Shown in pieces: positions 23,279 through 36,815 of a stretch of 64,000 nucleotides of DNA. The DNA is from Puccinia triticina (taxonomy: Eukaryota), in the NCBI GenBank assembly GCA_026914245.1, contig CP110440.1:3410001-3474000 (forward strand). Reading direction: 5' to 3'. Every line of letters starts with the position of its first letter. The stretch's first letter is position 1. The notes below the pieces were generated by a model that worked only from the letters and a program-made list of their open reading frames with translations, did no database searches and was not told the DNA's origin. The position numbers were made by a program, and so were the translations under genes.

Positions 23279-24424
23279 CTATATTAACCCAAAGCTTCGA
23301 ATGATCGAGCGCTGTGAGCTGTTGACATAGTTGATGAATTCAAATGTGTTGCCAGTGTGGGTGGCCAAGGCTTCAGAAGCGTCGAGAAGCTTGTCAATTT
23401 CGCCGGAGGAGGGTTGCAGATTGGTTCCAATAGACATCAATTCTGAGATAAAAGGATGCATGTAAGCGACTCAGAATTTGTTTGACTTGCTCTGAAGATG
23501 GTCAAGGGATGAAGGCTCAGAAGGCAAAGAAAACGAGCGTTTCCCCAAGGGAAATTGACGAACCTATGGCGCTGTAAACCCCTGCTAGTCTAATCCGGCG
23601 GAGCATCCATTCTCTGGACTTTGAGTAATCCTGCAGACCGGCTAAAGCGTCCGTGGCAACGTTGAGCGCATGAGATCCGTACGGTAAGATGTGTGGCAGT
23701 TCGACGGGCAACCGAACCCCAAAGAATGGGTCCTTGGGTGTCACAGCAAGCACTAGTGCCTGTGTTCCAGTGGAAGATAATGATTTTAGCTTCCTGGGGC
23801 GTAAGTATTGGAGAGGGGAGGCCGAGACTAAGAAAAAGGTGGTGGTGGATGAAAACGGCTGACCTTGAGCAAGTATTCTTTAGGAATCGTGCGATTGTAG
23901 GCCAGTCGGACCTCGAACGCACGTCTCACGCCACCAAGCCGATCTCTTTTGAAGACCAAGTTTTCGCTGGTGACCGTTGCTTTCATTTGTGAATTTCCTT
24001 CTTCGATCCAGCGTTCCGCCAAGGCTTTCGACGGGCCGATCGGCTCGCTGCCATGGCTCGTGCGATCGATCACAGTCGAAGTAGTGGTGCTTGGGAACAG
24101 TCCGGATAGCGTCCAATGACTGATAGCGAGCCTCTGGAGCTCCGGCTGACTGTCCACCCCAGCCAAGATCGCTGCAGATGAGAAGCCATGGGTGGGAACA
24201 AAAGGGATGGCGGCCGTAAGCAGTTGGTCAGGAAGAAGACCCTCGTCGGTATCCTCTAGCCTTGATGGATTTGCGCGAGTGGAGGCCTTGCTCAAACTAC
24301 GCCTGAAAACGACTGGGACATCCTGGGAACAAGCCGAGGCGAACGGAGGACCGGGAGACAGGAGAGCAGGCGAGGGTCGGGCCTTACGAGAAACGATTCT
24401 GATAGTTCGACAACTGCTCAACAT
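23279..24424 (-). CDS. COQ9: Ubiquinone biosynthesis protein COQ9-like (multi-exon)
   Basis: Arg/Ser-rich mitochondrial-type N-terminus MLSSCRTIRIVSRK; LLTAAIPFVPTHGFS; RRAFEVRLAYN; EWMLRRIRLAGVYSAI|ELM; C-terminus SIIRSFGLI. Confidence 0.75.
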
Positions 24425-25464
24425 CCTCCTCTGCTGAATTTGGGTTGGGTTGCCGGTGGTGTGTGCTCCTGAACCTCTCTTGCATTGATGACTCAAAGAT
24501 CCGGGACGGTGGTTCGGATAACCAACATCGGTAGTCGGATCTTTCTCCTGAACAAATATCATCCAACAGGTAACCACCAGGCACCACCAGGCTCAAGAAG
24601 TCTAATTGATTCTAATTTTCCTCGGTGGCATATGCAATCTGGTTATAACTCGTCAAGATCCTCTTATTGCACTCTAGGCCAATGACAATGAGGTATGCTC
24701 TGTGTTTTTACAACCCTGTCAAAGTCTCATAAGAAAGTTTAAACAACCAGAAATGATATGAAAGACTGAACCAGAGCCTTGAGAAGGTCACAGCCAAGCA
24801 GCCACGGACAAAATTTTGTCTACATGGAAGATAAGGATCAAGTAAATGTGTTCACTTCCTGCTTGGGATTTGCGCTGTTTCTACTGGCAAGATGCAACAG
24901 GCGTAGCAGGCGCGGCCAAGGAAAGGGCGCCGAGTCTGCATGAAAAGCGGCCACTTCAGTGGGAGTACTACACCTAAGGTCATTCAGCCCTACCGAGCCA
25001 GCTCGAATGACATCCCACTACCAATACAGCTCCGGCGAACTAGGATAGCTGCGTATGCACGGATTGACGTGAAGATTGACGCGCTAACAAGTAGGAGCTC
25101 TGCTTTTCAAGGCCGCAACCATGGGACTCGTTTCCCGATTCTCCAGCGATACATCATGGACATTTTTCACCCACCCTCCCTCTTCTTCCCCAATTCCTCA
25201 CCTTTCCAAGATGAAGCACCGTATTTCGGCCGTCCATTTTCTTTGCGAACGATCTGAGATGAGTCCATCACGTAAAAAGAACGGGGGTATATGCAGCGAT
25301 GGCGCAAATAAGCGAAGCGGAGCTTTTTAGGGGAAAAACATAAAGTACAGTGATATGGTCTACACAGTCGTCGTCGGGATGGATGTAGATCATGCGATTG
25401 TATTCCATCTGATCGCGACTGTTTCGTGCGCGATGTCGACCAAGGCCCGGGCGCAGATGGAGTG

Positions 25465-26366
25465 TTACTGTTGCTGGGCGAAGCGTTCTTCCTTCATTTC
25501 GCGGTAGCGTTTGACGGCTTTATCGCGCTCGATTTCCAAGCAGCGTTTCTGGGCGGAAGAGATAGGCAGAGGGGTGCGGTTGGTAGCGAGGTTCTTCTTC
25601 ATCGATTTGGTGAGCGAAAGCGTCGGCGGCTCCATGGCCACATCGGTGATGGGGAACTTGGACGGCCGAGGCGCGAAGTCTTTCACCGCTCTCGTCGTCA
25701 CTCTCGGGCCCTCTCGCGCGACCGTCTCGGCATCCCCTTCAGCTTCTTTCTCTCCTTGAGCTGGCTTGGAGGTCGAAGAAGCGGGTCCGGCGGAATCAGC
25801 TTTCTTGAGCGCCATTTTGTTTTTTGCTGATTTCATTAGGGCGGTTACTTTCGGCCGCAAAGCGGCTTCGACTCGTCTGAACATGCACGAATATACATTT
25901 TTTTTTGTCAGCAGAAAGCCTCTTTCGAAAACCCTCACATGAGCATGGCGGACCATCGAATAAAGACGTACCGATTGAAGCTGCCGAGTCCTTCGCCAGG
26001 AAGAATTTTAAGCTCGTCTTGTGCTTTGGACAGCTGTGTTGTAGATTTGTTGCGTCGTTTAGATGTCGACGCTGTGTCGTTCGTTCCTCCCGTGGATTGC
26101 GGCTTTGAGCGTTGATTTGGAGTAGAGGAGGGATCACTATCTTGGGATTTCCTGATTTTGTATTCGGCTCGAATTTTTTCGGCGTTGAGAATCCTGAACA
26201 TGTTTTTGGGAATGTCCTCACCGATCTGATATGTTTTTACTCGGCTAGAATCGTGCTTCTCTTTTCTCTTCTTCTTCTTGTTGACATTTTGATTGGGCGG
26301 CAAGTCGAATCCTTTCCGTTGACTTTCGGCTTTCCTAATGCTAGCCTTGGCTCGCTTGTGTGGCAT
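25465..26366 (-). CDS. Conserved basic coiled-coil protein (CCDC137-like); exons 26366-25972 and 25876-25465
   Basis: MPHKRAKASIR...GFDLPP; DIPKNMFRIL; LKILPGEGLGSFNR|RVEAAL after removing GT-AG intron 25971-25877; LEIERDKAVKRYREMK. Confidence 0.7.
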
Positions 26367-26827
26367 CGTCTTGGTTTTGTGTGGTCGTTTGAAGTGTCTT
26401 AGTCCCTAAAGACTTTTTTCTTTTTGGCCCCCGATTGGCCCCCCGTCCCGACTATTCGAGTGTGACACTCACCCACCGGGCGGGGGATGGTTAATCGGGC
26501 GGCCCGGCACCATCAAGAAAAGGGATTTGTGCCATTTTTTGAACAAGCCTTCAATCTGTAAACTGGTCTGGCTTCCCAGAGGCTGTCTCTCCCGGTTCAT
26601 GTTTTAAAGCCTAATTGGCGCAAGCAGAGCCCGCAGGTGGCCCACAGGAAAGCGCGCCCAGCCCACCACCAGTTACACCTTCATGACGACCAGCTTTCCA
26701 TCGCGCACAATCAGGATTTAGATCAAGAAAACAAAGACTTATTAAGTGTCTGTGATGGGCGTAATCTGCAGCGGGTATATTAAAAGAAGTACAAGCACTG
26801 ATAACCCAAGAAACAAGCAAAAAAGAA

Positions 26828-29522
26828 TTATTCGAGTTCGAGTTGAAACCAGAACTGAGTGTCGGTCATTAGTTTATCGAGCTCTTTGGCCAAGTCATCG
26901 CCCATCAAGAAGGTGCCATCGAGACGATATTCGCCCACACAGCCGTGTTCGAGCTCGTTGGGCCCGAGTTGGCAGCCCTTCGCCTGGAGCGTAGTCCCGA
27001 TCTGGTAGGTCTGGTCGAGCAGCCCGAGACTGTCGGTGGCCAGATGATCTGCTCTAAATTTTTGCAACATCAGAATCTCGTAGATAATGAAGATGGACTT
27101 CTCGATGACTTCGATGTATTCGCAGCTGAACTTGAACTTGATGTTATGCAGCCTGACGAACAGCTCCAGATAGCGCTCCAAGTTCACGCATCCTGGGATG
27201 ATCAAGCTGACCCACAAGAGATAGCCGGTGACCAGGCCAAGGCTTGGAGAAAGCGGCAGATCCGAGAATCGAAATTGCGTGTCAGCAACCCAGCGGCGGT
27301 AGATGGCAGGGGGGCGCTCACGTTGCTTTGTGGTACTCGATGTTAAGGGGTAAGTTGTCTGGACAGAATTCTGCATCGTATTCCTCGTTTGCATCGAGCT
27401 CGTCTTTCAGGTCAAGCACCGCTTGCAAGATATTCTCGGCGTGTTGGCAGCCCTGGAGAGCCCATTGGTAACGGCGTTGGTTAGTGATAATCATCCTTCC
27501 ATCCTGGCATGGCCATATTGCAGCATGCTGGGGAATAATTCAGACATTGGATTAGCACTTGCAAAAAGCACTACATGTATGATTGATGACCCCAGACTAT
27601 CTGACCATGACATATAGTTCGACATACTGTCGAGCGTTCTGCAGAAACCTGCGTGGGCCCATCGACTTGGTGGTGAAGAGTTCTGGACAACGTTGCCTCC
27701 AATCCGTGGCCCAGCACTCCAATTGGTGCATGACAAGGGGTACTTCCGGCAAGACATTGCCCTCTTTCCTCCCACTCAACGACCCCGGATAATTGCGACT
27801 GTCCAGTTTGTTTTGGGCGAACGCTAAGACCAATACTAGGTTTACATGGCTAAGGGTCGTCGAACAAAATCGGGGAAAAACCCAATAAACGTGTAATTTA
27901 TTAAGCTCAGCTCAACGATTCAAGATCCCCCGCAAAGAAACAGGAGGCTTACGCATTAATCAAAGGATCGCAAGATTGTCGAAATTTCGATGTCTCCAAG
28001 GTTGTTGCGTGGTTGCGGATCATTTGAGAGGGTGAGCCAATCAAGTAAAGCTTCCTGCTGAAGATACACAAACTGTTGATCGACAGTGTGTCTACTTGAT
28101 CAAACCAACAGTTCATATGACACACTGTTTATGACTGATCAAAAGTTTTTAAAAAAAGCTCACAAGTGGCTATAGACGACTACAAGCAACCAGGTCCGGC
28201 CCATTTCTACCAGCTCAGCTTCGTTGGCCTCGCCGCGCAGAACGGGGTCAGTGAGCTTGACAAAAACCTTGTGTAGCTTTATCGTCAAGCAAAGAGACAC
28301 AAAGTGGGAGCAAACACAGTGAAGGCCTATTTGGAGGGAAAATCAAATGAGCAACGTGTGGATATGGATCATTTGAACTCGGCACCACTCCCGCCTTGCT
28401 GCTTACCATGATAGATGGCCAGTACCATGATGCCCTTGAGATCCTGAATATTATAGTCTCTATTGAGGGAAACACTGTTTGATAAAAAAAAGCAAGTGGG
28501 AACACAAGAAGAAAATATATCTCACTTTTCTGGAAATACTGTTGCTCGGCTCATATTCAACGCATTGTCGTAGCAGTCAGAGAGCATTTTCGATTTGGTC
28601 GACTTTGGATCGGATGCACTAATGATTGCACGAAGCAGAAGATCCGATTTCTTTTGGAGAGTTGCTGGGCTGGTTCTCTCCTACGATATCCAGTCGATGA
28701 CCTCTTAGCTTCAAGCCAAGCGCATGGAAGTTGTGAACTCAACTTCGGGAGACCAAGTTAACCGGTTCGAGTAGCGCTTGAAGAACGCTTGGTAATCCGG
28801 CATGACCAAGTCCGGGTCCAGTGGCGGGATCTGCATGGCTGCTGCGCTGCCTGGGATCGAGACGGTGGAAAATGAGTGGGCCGCGGTTTGTCGGGTTGAC
28901 TCGTCTGAACAACCCCAAACGAGTTGAATCAGCAGCTATGTAGATGAGTTGTTGAGAGCTGTAGAGGTGGCCCACCAGGGCTGGGATGGTCTGCGTCCTG
29001 AGAGTTCACTGAGCCGGCAGAGGGCGGCTCGAGATCTTGCTTGTTTTCCTTCGCAGGGTTCATGGCAGGATTGAGGATAAATGAGATCCGATGGGCGGAG
29101 TCGCCCCTCCGAGGCCAATCCATTATTTGAGCGGATGAGAGGTTCAGGCCGACGGGGGCCGTTGCCTTTGCGACATTGGGGTCGCGGTCGGGAGCAAGCT
29201 TGTGGAGCGGATTGCCCTTGACGGCTTCAGGAAGCTTCGGCCGAATCTTGGGCGTAATCGGAGGTATTTCACAGCGAATTCTTTTGTTGAACTGGGGGGC
29301 CATCGAGGTGGTCACAGAAGCTGATGATGGATGCTCTTGGTCTGCATCGAAGAAGGTCGCTTGGGTCAACATCTGTAGTTGGGGCTCCAGGCGGTCAAGC
29401 GATCGTTCGAGTTCTCGTGCTTGAGAGCAGTTCAGGTCCACGCGCTCTCTGAGCCGCTCGCCACGGATGTCCAGCTCATCCAAAGTCGCCGTCGTACTCG
29501 GGCGGGTATCTTGCTGTTGCAT
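26828..29522 (-). CDS. Multi-exon gene, probable fungal-specific transcription factor (middle-homology-region-like); exon borders and start uncertain
   Basis: Chain of minus-strand exons including LHKVFVKL...EMGRTWLLVVVYSHL, HQLECWATDW and LQYGHARM; no Zn2Cys6 cluster found. Confidence 0.4.
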
Positions 29523-30150
29523 GGCGCCAAGTTCCCGCTTGCGATGGCGGGAGTTCGAGATGCTGTCTTGCGCCAGTGGTAACTCGAGATTTGGTCAAAC
29601 CCCCCGGATTGGCCCCGGAGGAGCCGTGAGTGATGACGTCAATCTACCGCCTTCGATTCAGATCAGTGTTTTAAGCTGGACTAGGCTGGACTGCGTTGGA
29701 GGTACAGAGCCCGAGCAACAACACCAAGCAGGAAACATGCTTGCGAGCACATGTCGGCCTCCGGGAGGCAAGAAGTTGTCAGGATGGGTTTCGTGAGTTG
29801 GTTGGTCCACTCCAGAGGGTTGGAAATTGTTTTTCATAAAACGAAGACGAAACGGTGAAGGATGGGAACGATGGAAATTTAAGTGCACTGCATATCTGAA
29901 CAACACGGGCAACACAGAGGGAAACAGACACGCGATGTCGAAGAGAAACTGAGACGAAAACAAGATCGGATGGGCGGTTGGTGTTCACCATGTGGAACAC
30001 ATCTATCTATTTACCCATCGTGAAGGAAAAAGAGATCTATATGTAAACGATGACCTAGTAACAATGCATATGTGTGTTTTACAAGTGGAGATGGGCGGGG
30101 AGTCGAAACGGGACGAAGGGCGGTGGGCCGGGATGTGCAGACAGACGGCC

Positions 30151-31278
30151 TTAGTTCTCGGTGCGGGTGCGGGAGGGGGCGGCGAAGGTGCAGAGGACGG
30201 GCCGGGTCCAGCGGCGTTTGCGGACGAACGAGGTGTGCGTGGGCCGGCACGAGAAAGCAGACCACGTGTGATCGGCGTACGTCCAGCCTGGGTATTCGGA
30301 GTCAGATACGGAGGCGTCTCAGAGGAGCGAGTGTGGGAAGGAAGAGGGGGACGTACCGTCGGGATCGACGGGCCAAGGGTGGTCGGAGGACGGGTCGCTC
30401 GGGCCACCAGGCGCAGGGAAGGACGGACGGGGGCCGCGGACGACGGCCCAGTGCGGTGCGTCCCAGGCCCACGACGGATGGCTGGCACCGGCGGAGACGG
30501 ATGGAGAGGGGAGCGTGAACGCCGCCGGCCCGGACACTTCGCCGCCCTGCCCGTCCGTCCATCGCCCTCCGACCAGCTTCGTGTCTTCCGCCGTGATCTC
30601 CCCCGTCCACTACACCACGCCCAGAAAAACAACCACAGGATCAGCGGGTGTCGGGGCGGCTTGCGGGGCTTCGCCGGACTCACGCCGACCTCCTCTTTCC
30701 ACCGTTGGTGCTCGACTATCGTTATCTCTATCCGGATGATCATCCCCTTCTCGGCCCCCTCACTCCGTCTGTCGGATTCATGCTCGTCGGTCGGGCGCCT
30801 GGACTGCAGACTCGTCTTCCCTCCATCTCTCTGCAATAGAAAAGCGATCAAGAAAAGGAAACAGTCTGATCAACCTAGTAATTTCCTTTCCTTTCACAAA
30901 AAAAAAAGGGAACGAAGGTTAGGAACGGACCTTTGAGGTGAGGAGATATGCGAGGAGCGTTCTGAGCCAGCCGAGGGGAGGGGCGAGCCAGACGAGCAGG
31001 AGAAGAGGGCGGGCGGCGGGCGGGAGGGCGTGGAGAGCGAGGGCGAGTGCGAGGACGAGCAGGCCGGCTGAGCGGGGGAAGGCGGCGCGGAAGGGGCGGA
31101 CGGCGGCGAGCACGGCGCGGGCGTGGCGGTGGAAGCCGAGGACGAGCGGGAGCAGGTGGCTGTGGGGCGGCGGGTGGCGGGCGAGCCGGGCAAGCAGGAC
31201 GGCGTAGAGCAGGACGAAGGCCGCCGGGTGCACCAGCAGCACCACGAGCAGGCTGGACCCCAGCAGACTCTCGAGCAT
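30151..31278 (-). CDS. Pex23/Pex30-family peroxin with hydrophobic N-terminus and dysferlin domain (4 exons)
   Basis: Spliced translation IVEHQRWKEE|WTGE...GRWTD...WAWDAPHWAVV...DPD|GWTYADHTWSAFS...SFVRKRRWTRPV matches dysferlin-domain motifs. Confidence 0.8.
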
Positions 31279-33010
31279 CGCGTTCCCCGCTGGTTTCGAT
31301 CCAACCTCGACCTCCCCCTTCAACACCCCTCATCCAAACCTGCACAAACACTCCCAAAAAAACACCCCACACATGCACTGCTTCCCTGTTCCTCACCCCG
31401 AACCGTGTCCTGCCCCGGGCCCGCGTGCAGCGGCTGCCTCGGGCCGGCCCACGGGCGGCCCGAGCCCGCCTGAGTTAGTCACCGGTCTCCGCAGGGCTCC
31501 GGGCCCGATGCCACGCCGAACCCCCCCCTTGTTGTGAGATGGCAGGGATGTGTCGTGGCTGCTGAACGAGCCGCCCCACCAGCTACGACCTTGCGATCTT
31601 TTCGTCCCTTCTCCCAACAACGTCGTCGCGAATCATCCGGCGGGCTTCGGCCCGAACTCAACACAAGTCCCTCCCTCACGCCTACGCTCGGGGGGGCCTG
31701 AAGGGCCCGCCTCCCGGAGGGAGGGACTTGCACCTAAAGTCAGCTTACAAGGGGGAGAGCTACCAGCCAAATGGCTGGGAGGTGATCTCATTCCCATATA
31801 TTCTGCACAAGCTCTTGGATAAACATCTGGCCCTTGGCACCATTAGAAGCGCAAGGCTTTGCGCATACTTCACATCACTTGAAAACTCTGAATAGCTCCA
31901 TCCCCTCACAAGAATCATCCTGTAAAGAAAATACATTCGTAAACAATCCAACCTTTTCAGGACCAGATATCCCAGCAGATATGCCTGGTGCAAGTACATA
32001 CGTACCTTGCACCTGAATAACAATTCAGAAAACAGAGACTATCAATTTAACAATGACCTATCTGGCCCCATGAGTCACTGAACCGTGAGAGGGTGTGTGA
32101 ACCAATGATCCAAACGGTTTGCCAGCTGTCAATCTCTACCAGGCAAAATGCTGAGACATGGCTGACTAGCAATCATAGGCCACTGTTTATTTCAAGCCAA
32201 ACCACCCCCAAAAAATATGAAACAATGCCTGAGAAGCAAGGCTACAAGTCGTTCTCCTCAGAACTTCATGAAAGGCAGTTGTTTTTGTTTAACAAGATGT
32301 TTATTCCAAAAAAGAAGAAATTCATGTAAATTTCTCAAAGTGCTCAGGCCATGCAGCCAACTTCTGGTGTAAGCCTCTCCTTATACAGAGAGTCCCTTTG
32401 GGACCCCTGTTCAAGAGGCTTTGTTAAGCTTGGCTTTGGCCCAGCCTGCGCTTTTGGCGCTGGCTCAGAGGTCAGTTTTGTGGGATTTCAGCAACCACAG
32501 CCTTGTCCTTCTCCCGCATCAACCAGCCCAGTCAAGCTTGCAGTACCTGTCCAAAGGGAGCAGGGCTACCCGTCTTCCATCTCTGACCCTTCTCCTGCCC
32601 CGTCTCCTTTTTCTCCTTGTGCAGGCTCAGTGGGCCCTTTTGTTTGGCAGCTTGGCCGAAGCATGGAGGCCAAGGAGGGCCGGAGCCAGCGGCCGGTTTG
32701 GCAGGTGGTGGCGCTGGTAAAGCAGGCTTCCGTGCCGTGTTCTCCTCTTCTTTAATCCTGGGAGGTCTTGCCAAGCCAGGAAAAGAACAAGCTTAACAAA
32801 GCCTCCCAGTGAGCGCCCCACAGGGTCTCTGTCTCAGAGAGGCTTACCTGCAAAAACCTGTATTTGGCCTGAGAGCTCCAGGAATCTCAGCCTGTATCTT
32901 TTCTTCTGTTTTCCTGCTTTCAAGACAATTTTTGAATGGTTTGGGAAGCCCACCGGGATGAGGGAAGTTCTTGTCAGTGCACTTCTCCTCATAGTTTGTT
33001 GGCCTTCTAG

Positions 33011-33290
33011 CAACAGTGAAACGGTACGGTACATGTATTGGTATTTATTTTGAGTCCACTACAATGTATTGGTGTTGGATCAAGTCACCAAACCAATACA
33101 ATCCATGGTATTGTATTGCCAATACATTCTGATACAATACAATACAAGTGTATTGCTGGGAGGAGCCATTGGATTGAGTGCCAATTGCCCAGAAAAGGTG
33201 TTGTTTTTTAGATACAATACCACTGTATCAAAAAAATACTATGTGTAGTATTGGCCAATACCAATCCTGTATTGTATTGTTTCACCGTTG
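33011..33290. mobile_element. MITE with CAACAGTGAAAC/GTTTCACCGTTG ends and 7-bp TSD (CTTCTAG/CTTCTGG)
   Basis: TIRs and flanks read directly; internal CAATAC/GTATTG motifs. Confidence 0.75.
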
Positions 33291-34084
33291 CTTCTGGCTC
33301 CAGATTGAAGACCTGATTCTGTGGTGTGAAGCTCTCCAAAGCAGAGGAAAGGGAAGCATACAGAGAGATATGGCATTCAATCAAGCCATATCTATTTCTA
33401 TTCAAACATGCCACTCCATTCATGCTTACAGGAGAAGGTTAGTCAAAACAGGACCCTGGAAACCCCCTATAAATCTGAGTAATGTAAAAACCCAAATTTT
33501 GGCTAAATTCATACATTGGGGGGCACCGGGGGATTGGCCTTTTTGGGGCTAATTCATACATTTACATGCGTATAATTGAGGCCAAATCCCCCCCAGGGAA
33601 CCCCAAAACCCAGACATAAATACGGATTCTGCGGGGAGTAGCAGATGCAACTAAATTTTAGCAGAAATTTCATTCGTTTCTGCCATGTTTGACTCCTAAG
33701 TGCTTTGGTTTCCAGGCCCATTCATGCCAAATTCATGCCTACCATTTTGTAAAAAAAAATGCATTTACCCCTGTTGAAACATTGGAATTTTGGTTAAATA
33801 CAGAAAGTGCTTTTGTGGAAATATTGAGCTTTGGCCCGGCCTGTTAAAGTTGCTAAACGGCGCGGTTTGGCGCAGGCTGCTTGTTGGGCGCCCATGGGCT
33901 TTGCCTTGCTCATCTGGTGCGGCCAGAAGCTCAGATGATAAGTGTGCCATCCCGGAATCCAAGACCCGGTCACAGGACCTGTGAGAAAATCTCCCTTTTC
34001 TGCATTTACTGAGTTGAACAAGGTTAAAAAAATCCATAGGGAACCCTGTGAAAATCTAATCTTCATGAACTATGTTCCCTTCAC

Positions 34085-34774
34085 CTTGGCAACTTGGTGT
34101 ACAGACAGCAGCCAATCCAACGCACCGGGTGCCAAATTAGACCTCTACCTTGAGGAGAGGAATGTTGGCATAACCAGTGATGAAAAATTTGATCTCCTCA
34201 GCTGGTGGAAGATCAATGCCTCCCGCTTTCCAATCCTTTCAAAGCTCGCCAAGGTAATCTTGATGGCCCCGGCAACCTCTGTGGCATCAGAATTGGCCTT
34301 TTCCACTGGGGGGTGTGTCTTGGACAACTACCAAAGCCGCCTGAGCAATGAGACCACCAAAGCACTCTTATGCACTCAAGACTGGATTAAGAAGTAGCCT
34401 CTTTTCTTCTTTCTTGACTGCTTTATTTTACATTCTTTTCTATAAATTTTTGATTGTAGCTGCCCTAGTTGCATAGTACATGTCTTCAAATTGCAAAAAT
34501 ACATGTCTCCTCCTCCAAAACTACATTTTTTGAGGGTCCTTCTACCTGGCCCGTGGGCCCCCAGGGGGCTGCCCGCGGGCTGCCTGCCATGGCCCGCTGG
34601 CCATTTGGCCCAAAGGGGCGCCGCTGGACAGCCCGTGTCGGTCTCATTGCGGACATGGGTTAGGGCCGGACAGCAAAATCTGAGGTTTTGGCCCGGCCTG
34701 GCCTGTCCAATTAAGTCGCGGGCTGAGGCGGGCTCGCCCGTGGGCAGCCTGAACCCGCCCAATTGTCAACCCTA
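34085..34774 (+). mobile_element. 3' fragment of a hAT transposon (dimerisation domain to 34397, then terminus)
   Basis: LDLYLEE...FDLLSWWKINASRFPILSKLAKVILMAPATSVASELAFSTGG...SRLSNET...LLCTQDWI; GC-rich GGCCC subterminal motifs; end TTGTCAACCCTA. Confidence 0.9.
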
Positions 34775-35158
34775 ATGCTTGTTTCCAAATCAAAAAGAGG
34801 AGAAGTAGGCCATTCAATGGTGCAGGGGGCTAGAACCATTTCCTGTGGGAAGTGGGGGTTTTGGGAGCATAAAGTTGGCCACCTGCAAAAAACTGAAACT
34901 GTGTGTGGGGCTCAGCCTCTCACAACAGAAAGCAGGGATTGCATGCAAGTCCCTCTCTGACAGGATGTTGTGCCATGCCCCCAGGAAAGCAAGGTACTTG
35001 TAATAAGTTTGGGACAAGAAATTGTCAAGGGTATCTGCAATTCTTGATTTTCCTGTACATAGCCAATGTTTTTATTACGACTGTGTGGAAGAGATCTCCT
35101 TGGCCTGCAAGCTTAGGGTGTCTTGGCTGGGAAAATTTTACCCTCACATTTGCCCCAC

Positions 35159-35575
35159 CAATGGTGAAACAGATGTGATACAATGTGATATTGCACGTTT
35201 ATTGGTATCACATTGTTGTGGCAATGCACCATATTGCTAATCCGCTGTATCACATGGCATTGGCATTGCATTTCTTGATCAATGCAGCGGGTGAGAAAAC
35301 CTCACCTCACATTGTAGAGAAAATGCAATGCAATGCAACCAATATATGCGCAGATAGACCAATAAATATTGGTATTGCATCTATTGGCATCACATTGGTC
35401 AAACCAATGCACATCCAACAAAAAGCCTGTATTGCAAAGCTCAAGCAATGCGCTTTGAACAATGCATATTGCATTGGCCTTCCAAGACAATGCAATTTGA
35501 TGCACAGTATTGGGCGGTATTGTTGATGCAATATGGCCTGATATCAATGCATGCATCATATCTGTTTCACCATTG
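35159..35575. mobile_element. MITE with CAATGGTGAAACAGAT TIRs and 7-bp TSD (GCCCCAC/GCCCCAA)
   Basis: 16-bp perfect TIR; internal CAATG/CATTG motifs. Confidence 0.8.
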
Positions 35576-36484
35576 GCCCCAAATTCTTGAAGGAAACCCC
35601 GCATAGCTTAACTAAGTCTCTCAAATCAAGGGTCTGGGGGACCCTGTGTGGAGGCATCTCTGCAGGAGAGGGTTGTGATTAATGTCTGCAGGCTTGCAGA
35701 CAAAGGAATGATTTTCAATCCCAAACACACTGGTTAAAAATCAACAGCTAAAACCTGCTACCTGCACCAGCACCCATCACTTACTGCTGCACGCAGCCAC
35801 TTAAAAGTCTAACAATCATCAATGCCTTTTGGGACTTCACAGGGTGTACATCACATATCACTAGCCCCCTGCACCATATATTACAGCTATCTCAGTAGGG
35901 ATTTATCGCAATAAGATTTCAATTCTTTATAATACATCCAATGTACCATCCTTCTCACCTCACAGTGCACACCTTGCCTTTTGAAATCCAGATAACATTT
36001 TCACTTTGATTTTTTGCCTCACTGGCCTTGGCCTCACTACCTCCCTCCTGTCAATTTCCACATTCCAGCCTCTTTCCAGAACTTTCCATCCCCATAGCAC
36101 TTACAGCCCTCATCTTTTTCTCCCTTCCCAATCCAGCATAACAACCCCCTTTTGGAATTGTCCACACATGTAATAACCATGGAGATCCCATCTTGGTTAC
36201 CCCTTGTCCCTTTTGGTTTCAGCCATTCCCTTTTCAGCCTCTCATATGATATTTAATCTCTTTATTCTGATGTTTCATTGTCTCTCCACACTCCAGCCTC
36301 TTTCCAGAACTTTCCATCCCCATAGCATTTTAAGCCTTTCCAAATTATTACTCCAATTTTAATAACTACACTTTGTATTGGTATTGGATTGGCAAGATCC
36401 AACTCAAAAATATATTGAGAAAAAATTCCAATCCATTTTATATGCCATATGATACTTGGATTAGACGTTTTGCAGCATTGGTAG

Positions 36485-36815
36485 CAACGGTGGGCCGCTA
36501 CGCTAAACTATCCGTAGCGTGCGCTATCCGCTAGTTTAGCGTTGCGTAGTTCCTGACACATTGCCGTTAGTTGTAGCGCCCGCTACGGGACGCTACGCTA
36601 CGCTAACGGGCGCTAACAGCGCTATCAGCTTTTTTAGCGGTTGAATAGCACTGCTAGCGCTGATAGCGGCGATAGAGGCCCTGTAGTTTCAAGGGGTGCC
36701 TGTTAGCGGTAGCGGGCAATCACTGCCCGCTAACGGAAAACCCTGTCATTTGTAGTTTAGATCCGCTACGCTGCGCTGAACTACGGACTAAATGTAGCGT
36801 AGCGGCCCACCGTTG
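36485..36815. mobile_element. MITE with CAACGGTGGGCCGCTACGCTA TIRs and perfect 7-bp TSD TTGGTAG
   Basis: 21-bp perfect TIR; internal CGCTA/TAGCG motifs. Confidence 0.9.

Noticed and set aside
31480..31735. Structured ncRNA
   Set aside because: Contains a 14-bp inverted repeat (CAAGTCCCTCCCTC) that resembles repeat fragments near 58.9-59.6 kb; no tRNA, snRNA or SRP signature recognised
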